Source of the DNA: Actinomycetota bacterium
Lineage (GTDB): Bacteria; Actinomycetota; Actinomycetes; Mycobacteriales; SCTD01
DNA: 64,000 bases
NCBI GenBank assembly: GCA_046723735.1
Contig: JBKOVB010000088.1
Span: 6,571 to 70,570, forward strand
Direction: 5' to 3'
Shown: positions 7,523 through 15,543 of the stretch, piece after piece
How positions within the stretch are numbered: position 1 is the stretch's first letter
Layout of the letters: the number at the start of each line of letters is the position of its first letter
Position numbers and translations under genes: made by a program
Notes under the pieces: model-generated
What the model saw: only the letters and a program-made list of their open reading frames with translations
What the model was told of the DNA's origin: nothing
The model's database searches: none

Positions 7523-9223
7523 TCAGGGCTCTCGCAGGGTGCGGTGCTCGTGCGCCTCGAACAGCGACTGCAGCGCCTCGTCCTCGGTCCTGGCCTGTCG
7601 GCTGCGCAGCCGCTCCTTCACCGCGCGGCGCACCAGGGCGTCCATCTGCTCCTCCGGCGGCACGCCGAGCGACACGGTCGTGCGGTCGCGACCGGCCCGC
7701 TTCGAGACGTAGAGCGCCTCGTCGGCGGCACGCACCAGGCTCTCCGCGTCGCCGGCGTGCGCCGGGAAGGTCGCCACCCCGGCGCTCGCGGTGATCCGGG
7801 TGACGTTCGGGGCCTCCGCGACCGCCCGCCGCAGCCGCTCCGCGATGTCGTAGGCCTGCTCCGGCCCGCAACCCGGAAGGATCACGGCGAACTCCTCGCC
7901 GCCGTACCGCGCGGCCGTGTCGAACTCGCGGCACTCGCACGCCAGCGCGGCCGCCGCGTTGCGCAGCACCTCGTCGCCCCCCTGGTGGCCGAGGGTGTCG
8001 TTGAGGCGCTTGAAGTGGTCGATGTCGACCATGACGAGGGACACGTGCTCGGCGGCCCGGGTCGCCCGCGCGAGCTCCCGCTCGAGGGTCATCTCGAACG
8101 ACCGGCGGTTGGCGATCTTCGTCAGGCCGTCCGTGGCGGCGAGCCGTTGGACGCCCTCGAGCAGCCACGCGTTGCGCAGGGCCAGGGCGCCGTACGACGC
8201 GGAGCGCTGCAGGCCCGCGACCAGCCGGCGGTGGCTGCGGGCACGGCCTGCCGGCTCCACGACCAGCGCCCCGAGAGGTCGCATGTCCATCGAGAGAGGT
8301 ACGACGAGCAGCGGGCCGGCACCGCCCATCAGCCGGGCGAGCCACGGGTCTCGGCGCGGGTCGAGCCGCAGCACCTGCACCGTGCTGCCCTGCTGGTGCG
8401 CCTGCTGCACCACAGCCGACGGGCCGGGACGGCCCGGGGCCGCCTCGACCTCCCCGTCCAGGCCGTACGACGCCAGCAGCGGCAGCGAGCCGTCCTGGCT
8501 GGCGAGGACGACACCGCGCCGCAGGCCGTAGCTGCCGACCACCGCCTCGAGCAGGGTCTGCGCCACCGTCCCGGAGTTCGCGCTGCGCTCCACGCGATGG
8601 GTCAGCGCGGTGAGCGCGTCCAGGTCGTGCCGGCGCCGCCGCAGCTCGCGCTCGTTGAGCACGGACAGCGCCGTGGCCGCCAGCGCCACGAGCCAGAGCA
8701 CCACCAGGAAGACGGCGAGCTGTTGCGCAGGCGTCCCCTGGCCCGCCCGCGTCGTGTCGAGCAGGGCGCCGCGGTCGACGAGCAGCCGCATGCCCCCGAG
8801 CAACAGCGTGTCGAGCGCTGCGAGGACGAGTCCGGTACGCCACGAGGCGAGCAGGGCGACGGCCGCGAGGTGGAGCAGCAGCGCGTACTGCAGCGGGCTC
8901 GCCGTACCGCCGGTGCTGTAGATCCCCCAGGTCAACCAGGCCGCGTCGACCACGAGCATCGCGCGCAGCGTCACCCGGATCCCGACCGGACGCAGCCCCA
9001 CGGCGCCGCCCGCGAGCAGCGCGAGCAACGTGAAGGCCAACGTCAGCGGCACGAGCGCATCGGGGTGCGGCTGCAGGGCGTCCGGCACGGCCGCGACGGC
9101 CACGAGCACCAGCCCGACCGCCACGGCCCGGATCCATTGCATCACCCGGAAGCGGTCCTGAACGGTCGCACGTCTGACGGGCAGGCTGCCGCGCGCCTCT
9201 CTCCGCGTGCTGACGAGCGCCAT
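7523..9223 (-). CDS. Membrane-anchored GAF-like/GGDEF diguanylate cyclase
   Basis: Multi-TM N-terminus. The C-terminal GGDEF domain reads DGLTKIANRRSFE, DIDHFKRLND and an active GGEEF, with an REFD I-site 5 residues upstream. An alternative start is M28 at 9142. Confidence 0.85.
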   Translation of the reverse strand: MALVSTRREARGSLPVRRATVQDRFRVMQWIRAVAVGLVLVAVAAVPDALQPHPDALVPLTLAFTLLALLAGGAVGLRPVGIRVTLRAMLVVDAAWLTWGIYSTGGTASPLQYALLLHLAAVALLASWRTGLVLAALDTLLLGGMRLLVDRGALLDTTRAGQGTPAQQLAVFLVVLWLVALAATALSVLNERELRRRRHDLDALTALTHRVERSANSGTVAQTLLEAVVGSYGLRRGVVLASQDGSLPLLASYGLDGEVEAAPGRPGPSAVVQQAHQQGSTVQVLRLDPRRDPWLARLMGGAGPLLVVPLSMDMRPLGALVVEPAGRARSHRRLVAGLQRSASYGALALRNAWLLEGVQRLAATDGLTKIANRRSFEMTLERELARATRAAEHVSLVMVDIDHFKRLNDTLGHQGGDEVLRNAAAALACECREFDTAARYGGEEFAVILPGCGPEQAYDIAERLRRAVAEAPNVTRITASAGVATFPAHAGDAESLVRAADEALYVSKRAGRDRTTVSLGVPPEEQMDALVRRAVKERLRSRQARTEDEALQSLFEAHEHRTLREP

Positions 9224-9471
9224 GCCGTGCCCCCTGTGAGCCGCCCCGGACGAGCGGTCTCGAGTGACATCGGCAGCAGCGCGGTTCGCGGGCAGAGCCG
9301 AACCGGGTGAACTGCGCTGGACCGGGACCTGCCGAGAACGGGACAGATACGGCCAGAAGGGTGCAGGGGTTCGGCCAGACGGGCCGGTGCCCTCTCCTCC
9401 CCTGGGGCAGAATGTCCGGTTCGAGGCACCGATCTGCCTCCCGGGCGTGATGAAAACGGCCGACGCGCGTT

Positions 9472-11037
9472 ATGGGGGGTGTGGGCTCAGCAGCGAGCCC
9501 TCGCCGGTTCGTCAGGGGGGAGGTCCTGGTGACGCTTGCAGACCCGGGGCTCCCGACCCGGGACCCGTTCGTCGACGACCTCGCGCGGACGACCCTCCCG
9601 CTGCTCGAGGCCGACGCCGGACGAGCTCCGTGGCTGCGGCGCTACGCCCGCACCCTCGTCGCCGTCGACACCGTCGTCCTGCTGGTCGCCGGGCTCGTCG
9701 GTGCGGTCGCCCGGTTCGGGGTCCACGCCGACCAGAGCCAGATCCGCGGCGTGCCGTACCTGCTCGTCGGGCTGGTGCTCCTGCCGTTCTGGATCGCGAC
9801 GCTCGCGCTCAGCCGGTGCTACGAGACGCGGTTCGTGGGCACCGGGTCGGAGGAGTTCAAGCGGGTCGCGAACGCGTCGTTCCGCGTCGCCGCGCTCATC
9901 GTCTTCGCCGCCTTCGTCACCAGGACCGACGTCGCCCGCGGCTTCCTCGCCGTCGCGCTGCCGCTCGGGCTGTGCGGCGTGGTGGCCGGTCGGCTCGCGG
10001 GCCGGGCGTGGCTGCACCGGCAGCGCCGGTTGGGTCGCTGCGTCCACAAGGTCGTCGTCGTCGGCTCCGCGGAGGCCGCCCTCGAGATGACCATGAAGCT
10101 GCAGCGCGAGCCCCTCGCCGGCCTGCAGGTCGTCGCGGCGTGCGTCATCGGCGACGCCAGGCGCTACGCCGCCGACACGCTCGTGCCGGTGCTGGGCGAT
10201 CTGACCGATGTGGTCGAGGTCCTCAACGAGCTCGGCGCCGACACCGTGTGCGTCGCGGCCGGCCCCGGCGTCACCTCCGAGGCCCTGCGGCGGCTGTCGT
10301 ACGAGCTCGAGGGCAGCCACGTCGACCTGCTCGTGTCGCCCGTGCTGACGAACGTGACCGGCACCCGGCTGTCGCACCGCACGCTGCCCGGCCTGCCGCT
10401 GCTGCACGTCGACGAGCCGGAGCTCACCGGCGCGCGCCGTCTCGTCAAGGCCTGCTTCGACCGCTTCGTCGGCCTGCTGCTGCTCGTCGCCGTCAGCCCG
10501 CTGCTGCTGGCCCTCGCCGTCGCCGTCCGGCTCACCAGCCCCGGGCCTGCGTTCTTCCTGCAGGACCGGGTGGGCCGGGCCGGGGAGCAGTTCCGGGTCT
10601 GGAAGCTGCGCACCATGCACCTGGACGCCGAGTCGCGCCGGGAGGCGCTCGCGAGCCTGAACGTGCACCGCGACGGGGGTGTGCTGTTCAAGATCCACGA
10701 CGACCCGCGCGTCACCCGGCTCGGCCGGCTGCTGCGCCGGTACTCGCTCGACGAGCTCCCCCAGCTCGTGAACGTGGTGCTGGGCGACATGTCCCTCGTG
10801 GGGCCACGCCCGCCGCTGCGCGAGGAGGTGGACCGCTACGACTCGCACGTGCACCGGCGGCTGCTCGTGAAGCCCGGGATGACCGGCCTGTGGCAGGTGA
10901 GCGGCCGCAGCGACCTGGCGTGGGAGGAGTCGGTCCGCCTCGACCTGCACTACGTCGAGAACTGGTCGCTCGGTCTCGACGTGGCCATCATCTTCAAGAC
11001 CGTCATGACCGTGCTGCGCCCCTCCGGCGCGTACTGA
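9472..11037 (+). CDS. Polyprenyl glycosylphosphotransferase (WbaP/CpsE-type priming sugar transferase)
   Basis: TM-rich N-terminus. The C-terminal bacterial sugar transferase domain reads FRVWKLRTM, DPRVTRLGRLLRRYSLDELPQLVNVVLGDMSLVGPRPP and KPGMTGLWQVSGR. Confidence 0.85.
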   Translation: MGGVGSAASPRRFVRGEVLVTLADPGLPTRDPFVDDLARTTLPLLEADAGRAPWLRRYARTLVAVDTVVLLVAGLVGAVARFGVHADQSQIRGVPYLLVGLVLLPFWIATLALSRCYETRFVGTGSEEFKRVANASFRVAALIVFAAFVTRTDVARGFLAVALPLGLCGVVAGRLAGRAWLHRQRRLGRCVHKVVVVGSAEAALEMTMKLQREPLAGLQVVAACVIGDARRYAADTLVPVLGDLTDVVEVLNELGADTVCVAAGPGVTSEALRRLSYELEGSHVDLLVSPVLTNVTGTRLSHRTLPGLPLLHVDEPELTGARRLVKACFDRFVGLLLLVAVSPLLLALAVAVRLTSPGPAFFLQDRVGRAGEQFRVWKLRTMHLDAESRREALASLNVHRDGGVLFKIHDDPRVTRLGRLLRRYSLDELPQLVNVVLGDMSLVGPRPPLREEVDRYDSHVHRRLLVKPGMTGLWQVSGRSDLAWEESVRLDLHYVENWSLGLDVAIIFKTVMTVLRPSGAY

Positions 11038-11193
11038 GCGGGAGCGGCGCGGTCGCCTGACCCCGTGCTTCCGGCCGTGACTGTGCGCCGCCCAGCCACC
11101 ACCGGCCGGTGAGGGCATCCCCCGTTGTGGATGATGCGCAGTCGAGGCGGGCGGACCACAGTCGCACGTGCCGCTGTCGGCGGGGGAATCGCC

Positions 11194-11358
11194 ATGACGT
11201 CAGGCGCTGACGAGCGGTCGTCGCACCGACCGATCGCACACGGAGGACGGGGCTCGATCGTGTTGATCCCGGCGCAGCCGTGGTGGTCCATCACGCTGAT
11301 CCTGATCGACCTGTGGATCATCCACGCGCTGTTCGTCCACCGTCGCGAAGTCCTGTGA
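11194..11358 (+). CDS. Possible small membrane protein, or a remnant of a larger membrane protein
   Basis: The 54-codon ORF has high third-position GC. Its C-terminus (PWWSITLILIDLWIIHALFVHRRE) looks like the last helix of a larger actinobacterial membrane-protein family. I saw no clear RBS. Confidence 0.3.
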   Translation: MTSGADERSSHRPIAHGGRGSIVLIPAQPWWSITLILIDLWIIHALFVHRREVL

Positions 11359-11386
11359 GACACCTGATGCGCACCAGGAGTGCCTG

Positions 11387-13747
11387 ATGTCAGCATTCGA
11401 TCTCCCGCGAACCGTCCTGCCGATCCCGGAACGGGGCCAGGTGGGGCTGACCACCTACGACGCCAAGGACCCCGACACGCCGTTCGCGCCGATCCAGGCG
11501 GTGCGCCCGCCGGACGGGGCGCCCAACGTGCTGATCGTCCTGCTCGACGACATCGGGTTCGGGGCGTCGAGCGCATTTGGCGGGCCGTGCGCGACACCGA
11601 ACGCCGAGAGGCTCGCAGCAGGCGGCCTGAAGCTCACCCGGTTCCACACCACGGCGCTGTGCGCCCCGACTCGGCAGGCCCTGCTCACCGGGCGCAACCA
11701 CCACGCGGTGGGCATGGGTGTGATCACCGAGATGGCCACATCGGCACCGGGGTACGACTCGGTTCGGCCGAACAATGCGGCACCGCTGGCCGAGATGCTC
11801 AAGCTGAACGGCTACTGCACGGCCCAGTTCGGCAAGTGCCACGAGGTCCCCGGTTGGCAGACGAGCCCGATGGGACCCTTCAGCCAGTGGCCGACCGGCA
11901 GCGGGTTCGACTACTTCTACGGCTTCATCGGCGGGGAGACGAACCAGTACTACCCGGCGATCTACGAAGGCACCACGCCGGTGGAGCCGGCCACGACCCC
12001 GGAGCAGGGCTTCCACTTCACCGAGGACATGACCGACAAGGCGATCGCCTGGGTCCGGCAGCAGCGGTCACTGATGCCCGACAAGCCGTTCTTCATGTAC
12101 TTCGCACCAGGCGCCACCCACGCGCCGCACCACGTGCCCCAGGAGTGGGCGAACCGCTACCGCGGCCGGTTCGCCGCGGGCTGGGACGTCCTGCGCGCCG
12201 AGATCTTCGCCCGGCAGCGGGAGCTCGGTGTCATCCCGTCCGACGCCGAGCTGACGGCGCGGCACGAGGAGATCCCGGCCTACGACGACATGCCGGCGGA
12301 GCTCAAGCCGGTCCTCGAGCGGCAGATGGAGGTGTACGCCGGGTTCCTGGAGCACACCGACAATCACGTCGGCCGGCTGCTCGACACGCTCGAGGACATG
12401 CAGGTCCTCGAGGACACCCTCGTCTACTACATCCTTGGCGACAACGGGGCGAGCGCCGAAGGCACCATCCACGGCAGCTACAACGAGGTGCTGCTCTTCA
12501 ACGGCGCAGCTCAGCTGGAGACGCCCGAGTTCCTCATCGCGCACGTCGACAGCCTCGGCAGCCCCAGCGCTTACAACCACTACGCCGTCGGCTGGGCGCA
12601 CGCGATGTGCACGCCGTACCAGTGGACCAAGCAGGTCGCCTCGCACTGGGGTGGCACACGCAACGGGGCCATCGTCCACTGGCCCCGCGGGATCGGCGCG
12701 AAGGGCGAGATCCGCCAGCAGTTCCACCACGTCATCGACATCGCGGCGACCGTGCTCGAGGTCGCGAAGCTGCCTGCTCCGGACTTCGTCAACGGGCTCC
12801 AGCAGATGCCGCTACACGGCGTAAGCATGGCCTACTGCTTCGACGACGCCACGGCAGCAGAACAGCGTGAGACGCAGTACTTCGAGATGATGTGCAACCG
12901 CGGGATCTACCACAAGGGCTGGACGGCGGTGACCAAGCACCGCACACCCTGGATGGTCACCGGCGCCGGGACGCCCTTCGACGAGGACGTGTGGGAGCTC
13001 TACGACACCAACACCGACTGGACGCAGGCCCACGACCTGGCGCGCGAGATGCCCGACAAGCTGCGGGATCTGCAGCGGCTGTTCCTCATCGAGGCGACCA
13101 AGTACAACGTCTTCCCGCTCGACGACCGCGTCATCGAGCGGATGAACGCCGAGCTGGCGGGACGCCCGAGCCTGGTGAGGGGTAACTCCCAGTTGCTGTT
13201 CGGGGGGATGGGTCGGCTGACCGAGAGCTCGGTGCTGAACCTGAAGAACAAGTCGCATGCGGTGACCGCGGAGATCGTGGTGCCCGACGGCGGCGCGAAC
13301 GGGGTGATCATCGCCCAGGGGGGTGCCTTCGCAGGCTGGGCGCTGTACCTGCACGAAGGTCGTCCCACCTACTGCTACAACCTGCTCGGTTTGGATCTCG
13401 CCAAGGTGGCCGCGGACACTGTGGTCCCGGCAGGTTCCCACCAGGTGCGCATGGAGCTCGCGTACGACGGCGGCGGGCTGGCCAAGGGCGGCGAGGTGTC
13501 GCTGTTCCTCGACGGCGCCAAGGTGGGCGAGGGGCACCTGCCGGCCAGCGTCCCCATGATCTTCTCCGCCGACGAGACCTGCGACATCGGGCAGGACACG
13601 GGGTCAGCGGTCAGCGACGACTACTCCGCCACCGAGAGCAGGTTCAGCGGCACCGTGAAGTGGGTCCAACTGGATGCCGGCAAGGACGATCACGACCACC
13701 TGATCACTCCGGAGGAGCGCTTCCGCGTCGCCATGGCCAGGCAGTAA
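11387..13747 (+). CDS. Arylsulfatase (Cys-type, formylglycine-dependent sulfatase family)
   Basis: N-terminal sulfatase signature NVLIVLLDDIGFG ... TTALCAPTRQALLTGRNHH (the CxPxR motif). Confidence 0.9.
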   Translation: MSAFDLPRTVLPIPERGQVGLTTYDAKDPDTPFAPIQAVRPPDGAPNVLIVLLDDIGFGASSAFGGPCATPNAERLAAGGLKLTRFHTTALCAPTRQALLTGRNHHAVGMGVITEMATSAPGYDSVRPNNAAPLAEMLKLNGYCTAQFGKCHEVPGWQTSPMGPFSQWPTGSGFDYFYGFIGGETNQYYPAIYEGTTPVEPATTPEQGFHFTEDMTDKAIAWVRQQRSLMPDKPFFMYFAPGATHAPHHVPQEWANRYRGRFAAGWDVLRAEIFARQRELGVIPSDAELTARHEEIPAYDDMPAELKPVLERQMEVYAGFLEHTDNHVGRLLDTLEDMQVLEDTLVYYILGDNGASAEGTIHGSYNEVLLFNGAAQLETPEFLIAHVDSLGSPSAYNHYAVGWAHAMCTPYQWTKQVASHWGGTRNGAIVHWPRGIGAKGEIRQQFHHVIDIAATVLEVAKLPAPDFVNGLQQMPLHGVSMAYCFDDATAAEQRETQYFEMMCNRGIYHKGWTAVTKHRTPWMVTGAGTPFDEDVWELYDTNTDWTQAHDLAREMPDKLRDLQRLFLIEATKYNVFPLDDRVIERMNAELAGRPSLVRGNSQLLFGGMGRLTESSVLNLKNKSHAVTAEIVVPDGGANGVIIAQGGAFAGWALYLHEGRPTYCYNLLGLDLAKVAADTVVPAGSHQVRMELAYDGGGLAKGGEVSLFLDGAKVGEGHLPASVPMIFSADETCDIGQDTGSAVSDDYSATESRFSGTVKWVQLDAGKDDHDHLITPEERFRVAMARQ

Positions 13748-13784
13748 GCCCGAGCAGGACGCGTCCCAACGAAGGAGTCAGCAC

Positions 13785-14234
13785 ATGGCCGAAGACATCG
13801 TCGCCGAGCTCGGTCCCGTCGACTGGATCGTGGTGGAGTTCCCCGGGGACAAGTTCAACGGGGAGATCGCTCCCACTCTGAAGAGCCTGGTGGACCGCGA
13901 GATCGTGCGGGTCCTGGACCTGCTGATCCTGCGCAAGGACGCCGACGGGTCTCTGGAGGCGTTCGAGATGGCCGACCTGGAGGACACCGAGCTCGGCGAG
14001 CTGCGCGCCTACGAGGCAGAGCTCGCCATGCTGCTCAGCGCCGAGGACGTCGAGTCCGTGGCCGCGGCGGTCGAGCCCGGCAGCACCGCAGCCGTGCTGG
14101 TCTGGGAGAACGCATGGGCGGCGCCCTTCGCCTCGGCGGTGCGCCGCGCCGGCGGCCAGCTCGTCGCCAGCGGCCGGATCCCGGTCCAGGCGCTCCTGGC
14201 CGCCATCGAAGCAGACGAAGAGGAAGGAGCCTGA
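13785..14234 (+). CDS. DUF6325-like acidic protein of unknown function
   Basis: 149-aa product with a GPVDWIVVEFPGDKFNGEIAPTLKSLVDREIVRVLDLL pattern, recalled from the DUF6325 family. High GC3. Confidence 0.65.
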   Translation: MAEDIVAELGPVDWIVVEFPGDKFNGEIAPTLKSLVDREIVRVLDLLILRKDADGSLEAFEMADLEDTELGELRAYEAELAMLLSAEDVESVAAAVEPGSTAAVLVWENAWAAPFASAVRRAGGQLVASGRIPVQALLAAIEADEEEGA

Positions 14235-14235
14235 C

Positions 14236-14388
14236 ATGCCGCTCGCAGCCCGACGTATGGCGGCCAGGCCGGTCGTGGGGCCGGCGCCCGTCGCCCGCGT
14301 GGCCACCACCGCCGCCACCGCTGCGGTCGTGGTCCACGGCGTCAACCGCCGCCAGGACCGGCGCGAAGACCGCCGCGACCGCCGCTAG
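14236..14388 (+). CDS. Arg-rich 50-aa micro-protein coupled to the DUF6325-like gene
   Basis: The ATG is 2 nt after the upstream stop and is preceded by AGGAAGGAG. Product: MPLAARRMAARPVVGPAPVARVATTAATAAVVVHGVNRRQDRREDRRDRR. It is below the ORF-track size cutoff. Confidence 0.4.
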   Translation: MPLAARRMAARPVVGPAPVARVATTAATAAVVVHGVNRRQDRREDRRDRR

Positions 14389-14418
14389 CCACGGCGGTGG
14401 GGACGGGGTCGCGTCCTG

Positions 14419-14490
14419 TGGAGCCACGGGGATTCGAACCCCGGACCTTCGCCTTGCAAAGGCGCTGCTCTACCACTGAGCTATGGCCCC
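14419..14490 (-). tRNA. tRNA-Ala (anticodon TGC)
   Basis: Folded by hand: acceptor GGGGCCA/TGGCTCC with the G3:U70 identity pair, anticodon loop TTTGCAA, T-loop GGTTCGAATCC. CCA is not encoded. Confidence 0.9.
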
Positions 14491-14532
14491 TCGAGCACCG
14501 GCTGACGCCGGTTCGGGTGTCGTGCCGCGCCC

Positions 14533-14661
14533 TCAGCGGGTGTCGGGCTGACCGGCGGCCTCGTTCCAGAGGTCGCGTTCGGCGCGCTGGGCCTTCTTGC
14601 GCTTCGCGACCACCGCCGCCACGACGCCGATCACGGCTGCGAGGAGAGTCCGCTTCTTCAC
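14533..14661 (-). CDS. DLW-39 family small membrane protein
   Basis: GTG start preceded by GAGGAGGA. The 42-aa product is VKKRTLLAAVIGVVAAVVAKRKKAQRAERDLWNEAAGQPDTR, with the DLW motif. It occupies the classical position between tRNA-Ile and tRNA-Ala. Confidence 0.65.
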   Translation of the reverse strand: MKKRTLLAAVIGVVAAVVAKRKKAQRAERDLWNEAAGQPDTR

Positions 14662-14699
14662 GTCGTCCTCCTCGAGGGGTTCGCAGCGGCCGCGCTCGG

Positions 14700-14773
14700 T
14701 GGGCCTAGGAGGACTTGAACCTCCGGCCTCATCCTTATCAGGGATGCGCTCTAACCAACTGAGCTATAGGCCC
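14700..14773 (-). tRNA. tRNA-Ile (anticodon GAT)
   Basis: Folded by hand: acceptor GGGCCTA/TAGGCCC, anticodon stem CATCC/GGATG with loop CTGATAA, T-loop GGTTCAAGTCC. Confidence 0.9.
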
Positions 14774-14826
14774 GAGCGTGCCCTTCGGCACGTCGAAGGA
14801 GCCTAGCAGCAGGGCCTCGTCGGTCG

Positions 14827-15543
14827 TCAGTCGCGTTCGCCCAGGGTCATCTCGACCCCACCGGTGAAGGTGGCGCAGACGTTGTAGAGCATCGCCCCGA
14901 CGGTCGTGAAGGCCGTGAGCAGGACCACGTCCGCGGCCGCGATGAGCGCCCCGAAGCCGAGGAAGCGGCCACGGGTCAGCAGCGGACCGCTGCCCTGCAC
15001 GTCCGACACCGCCTTGTTGACGCTGTCCGGGACGCCGAAGGCGTCGAGCAGCGTGTAGAGCACCAGCGCGGCCACGATCGTGACCACCGCCAGGAACAAC
15101 GACAGCAGCAGCGTGGTGACGAACACCGACCACGGGTCCAGCCGGCGGACCGCGAGCCGGGCGCGCCGCCCGCGGACCTGCGGCGCCCGGGCGAGGGGAG
15201 GTCGTGGCGGCGCCGGTCGCGCCCCTCGCTCCGGTACGACGGTCGTCGCGGCTGCGGCATCAGTACCCCCAGGGGGTACAGGGCGAGGGGGTGGCAGCGG
15301 GCTCGGCCGGTCAGGGACCCCTGGGCGGGCCGGGCCGCTCTGCGCAGTGCCGGGGCTGCTGGCGGTCGGCGCAGGGGCGGCGCTCGACGAGCCGCCGGTC
15401 GACGGCGAGGTGGGACCGGATGAGGGCGCCGCGGGTGGGATCGCGGCCGCAGGCGGCGTCGTGGGCTCGCTGTCCGGGCCGGACGTGGCCGGCTCGCCTG
15501 TCGACCGGCCGGTCGAGGCGGCCGTCACCGGCGGCTCCGTCAC
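14827..15543 (-). CDS. DUF3566 domain membrane protein (Rv0007-like)
   Basis: Pro/Ala-rich N-terminus. Conserved C-terminus [19 protein letters not shown]...[20 protein letters not shown]. The GTG start overlaps the gyrA stop (GTGA). Confidence 0.8.
   Translation of the reverse strand: MTEPPVTAASTGRSTGEPATSGPDSEPTTPPAAAIPPAAPSSGPTSPSTGGSSSAAPAPTASSPGTAQSGPARPGVPDRPSPLPPPRPVPPGGTDAAAATTVVPERGARPAPPRPPLARAPQVRGRRARLAVRRLDPWSVFVTTLLLSLFLAVVTIVAALVLYTLLDAFGVPDSVNKAVSDVQGSGPLLTRGRFLGFGALIAAADVVLLTAFTTVGAMLYNVCATFTGGVEMTLGERD

Noticed and set aside
7523-14490. A tRNA-Ala-adjacent block treated as an integrative mobile element.
   Set aside because: I saw no integrase, recombinase or transposase and no direct repeat of the tRNA 3' end at the far boundary. 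It is kept only as a synteny-variable region.
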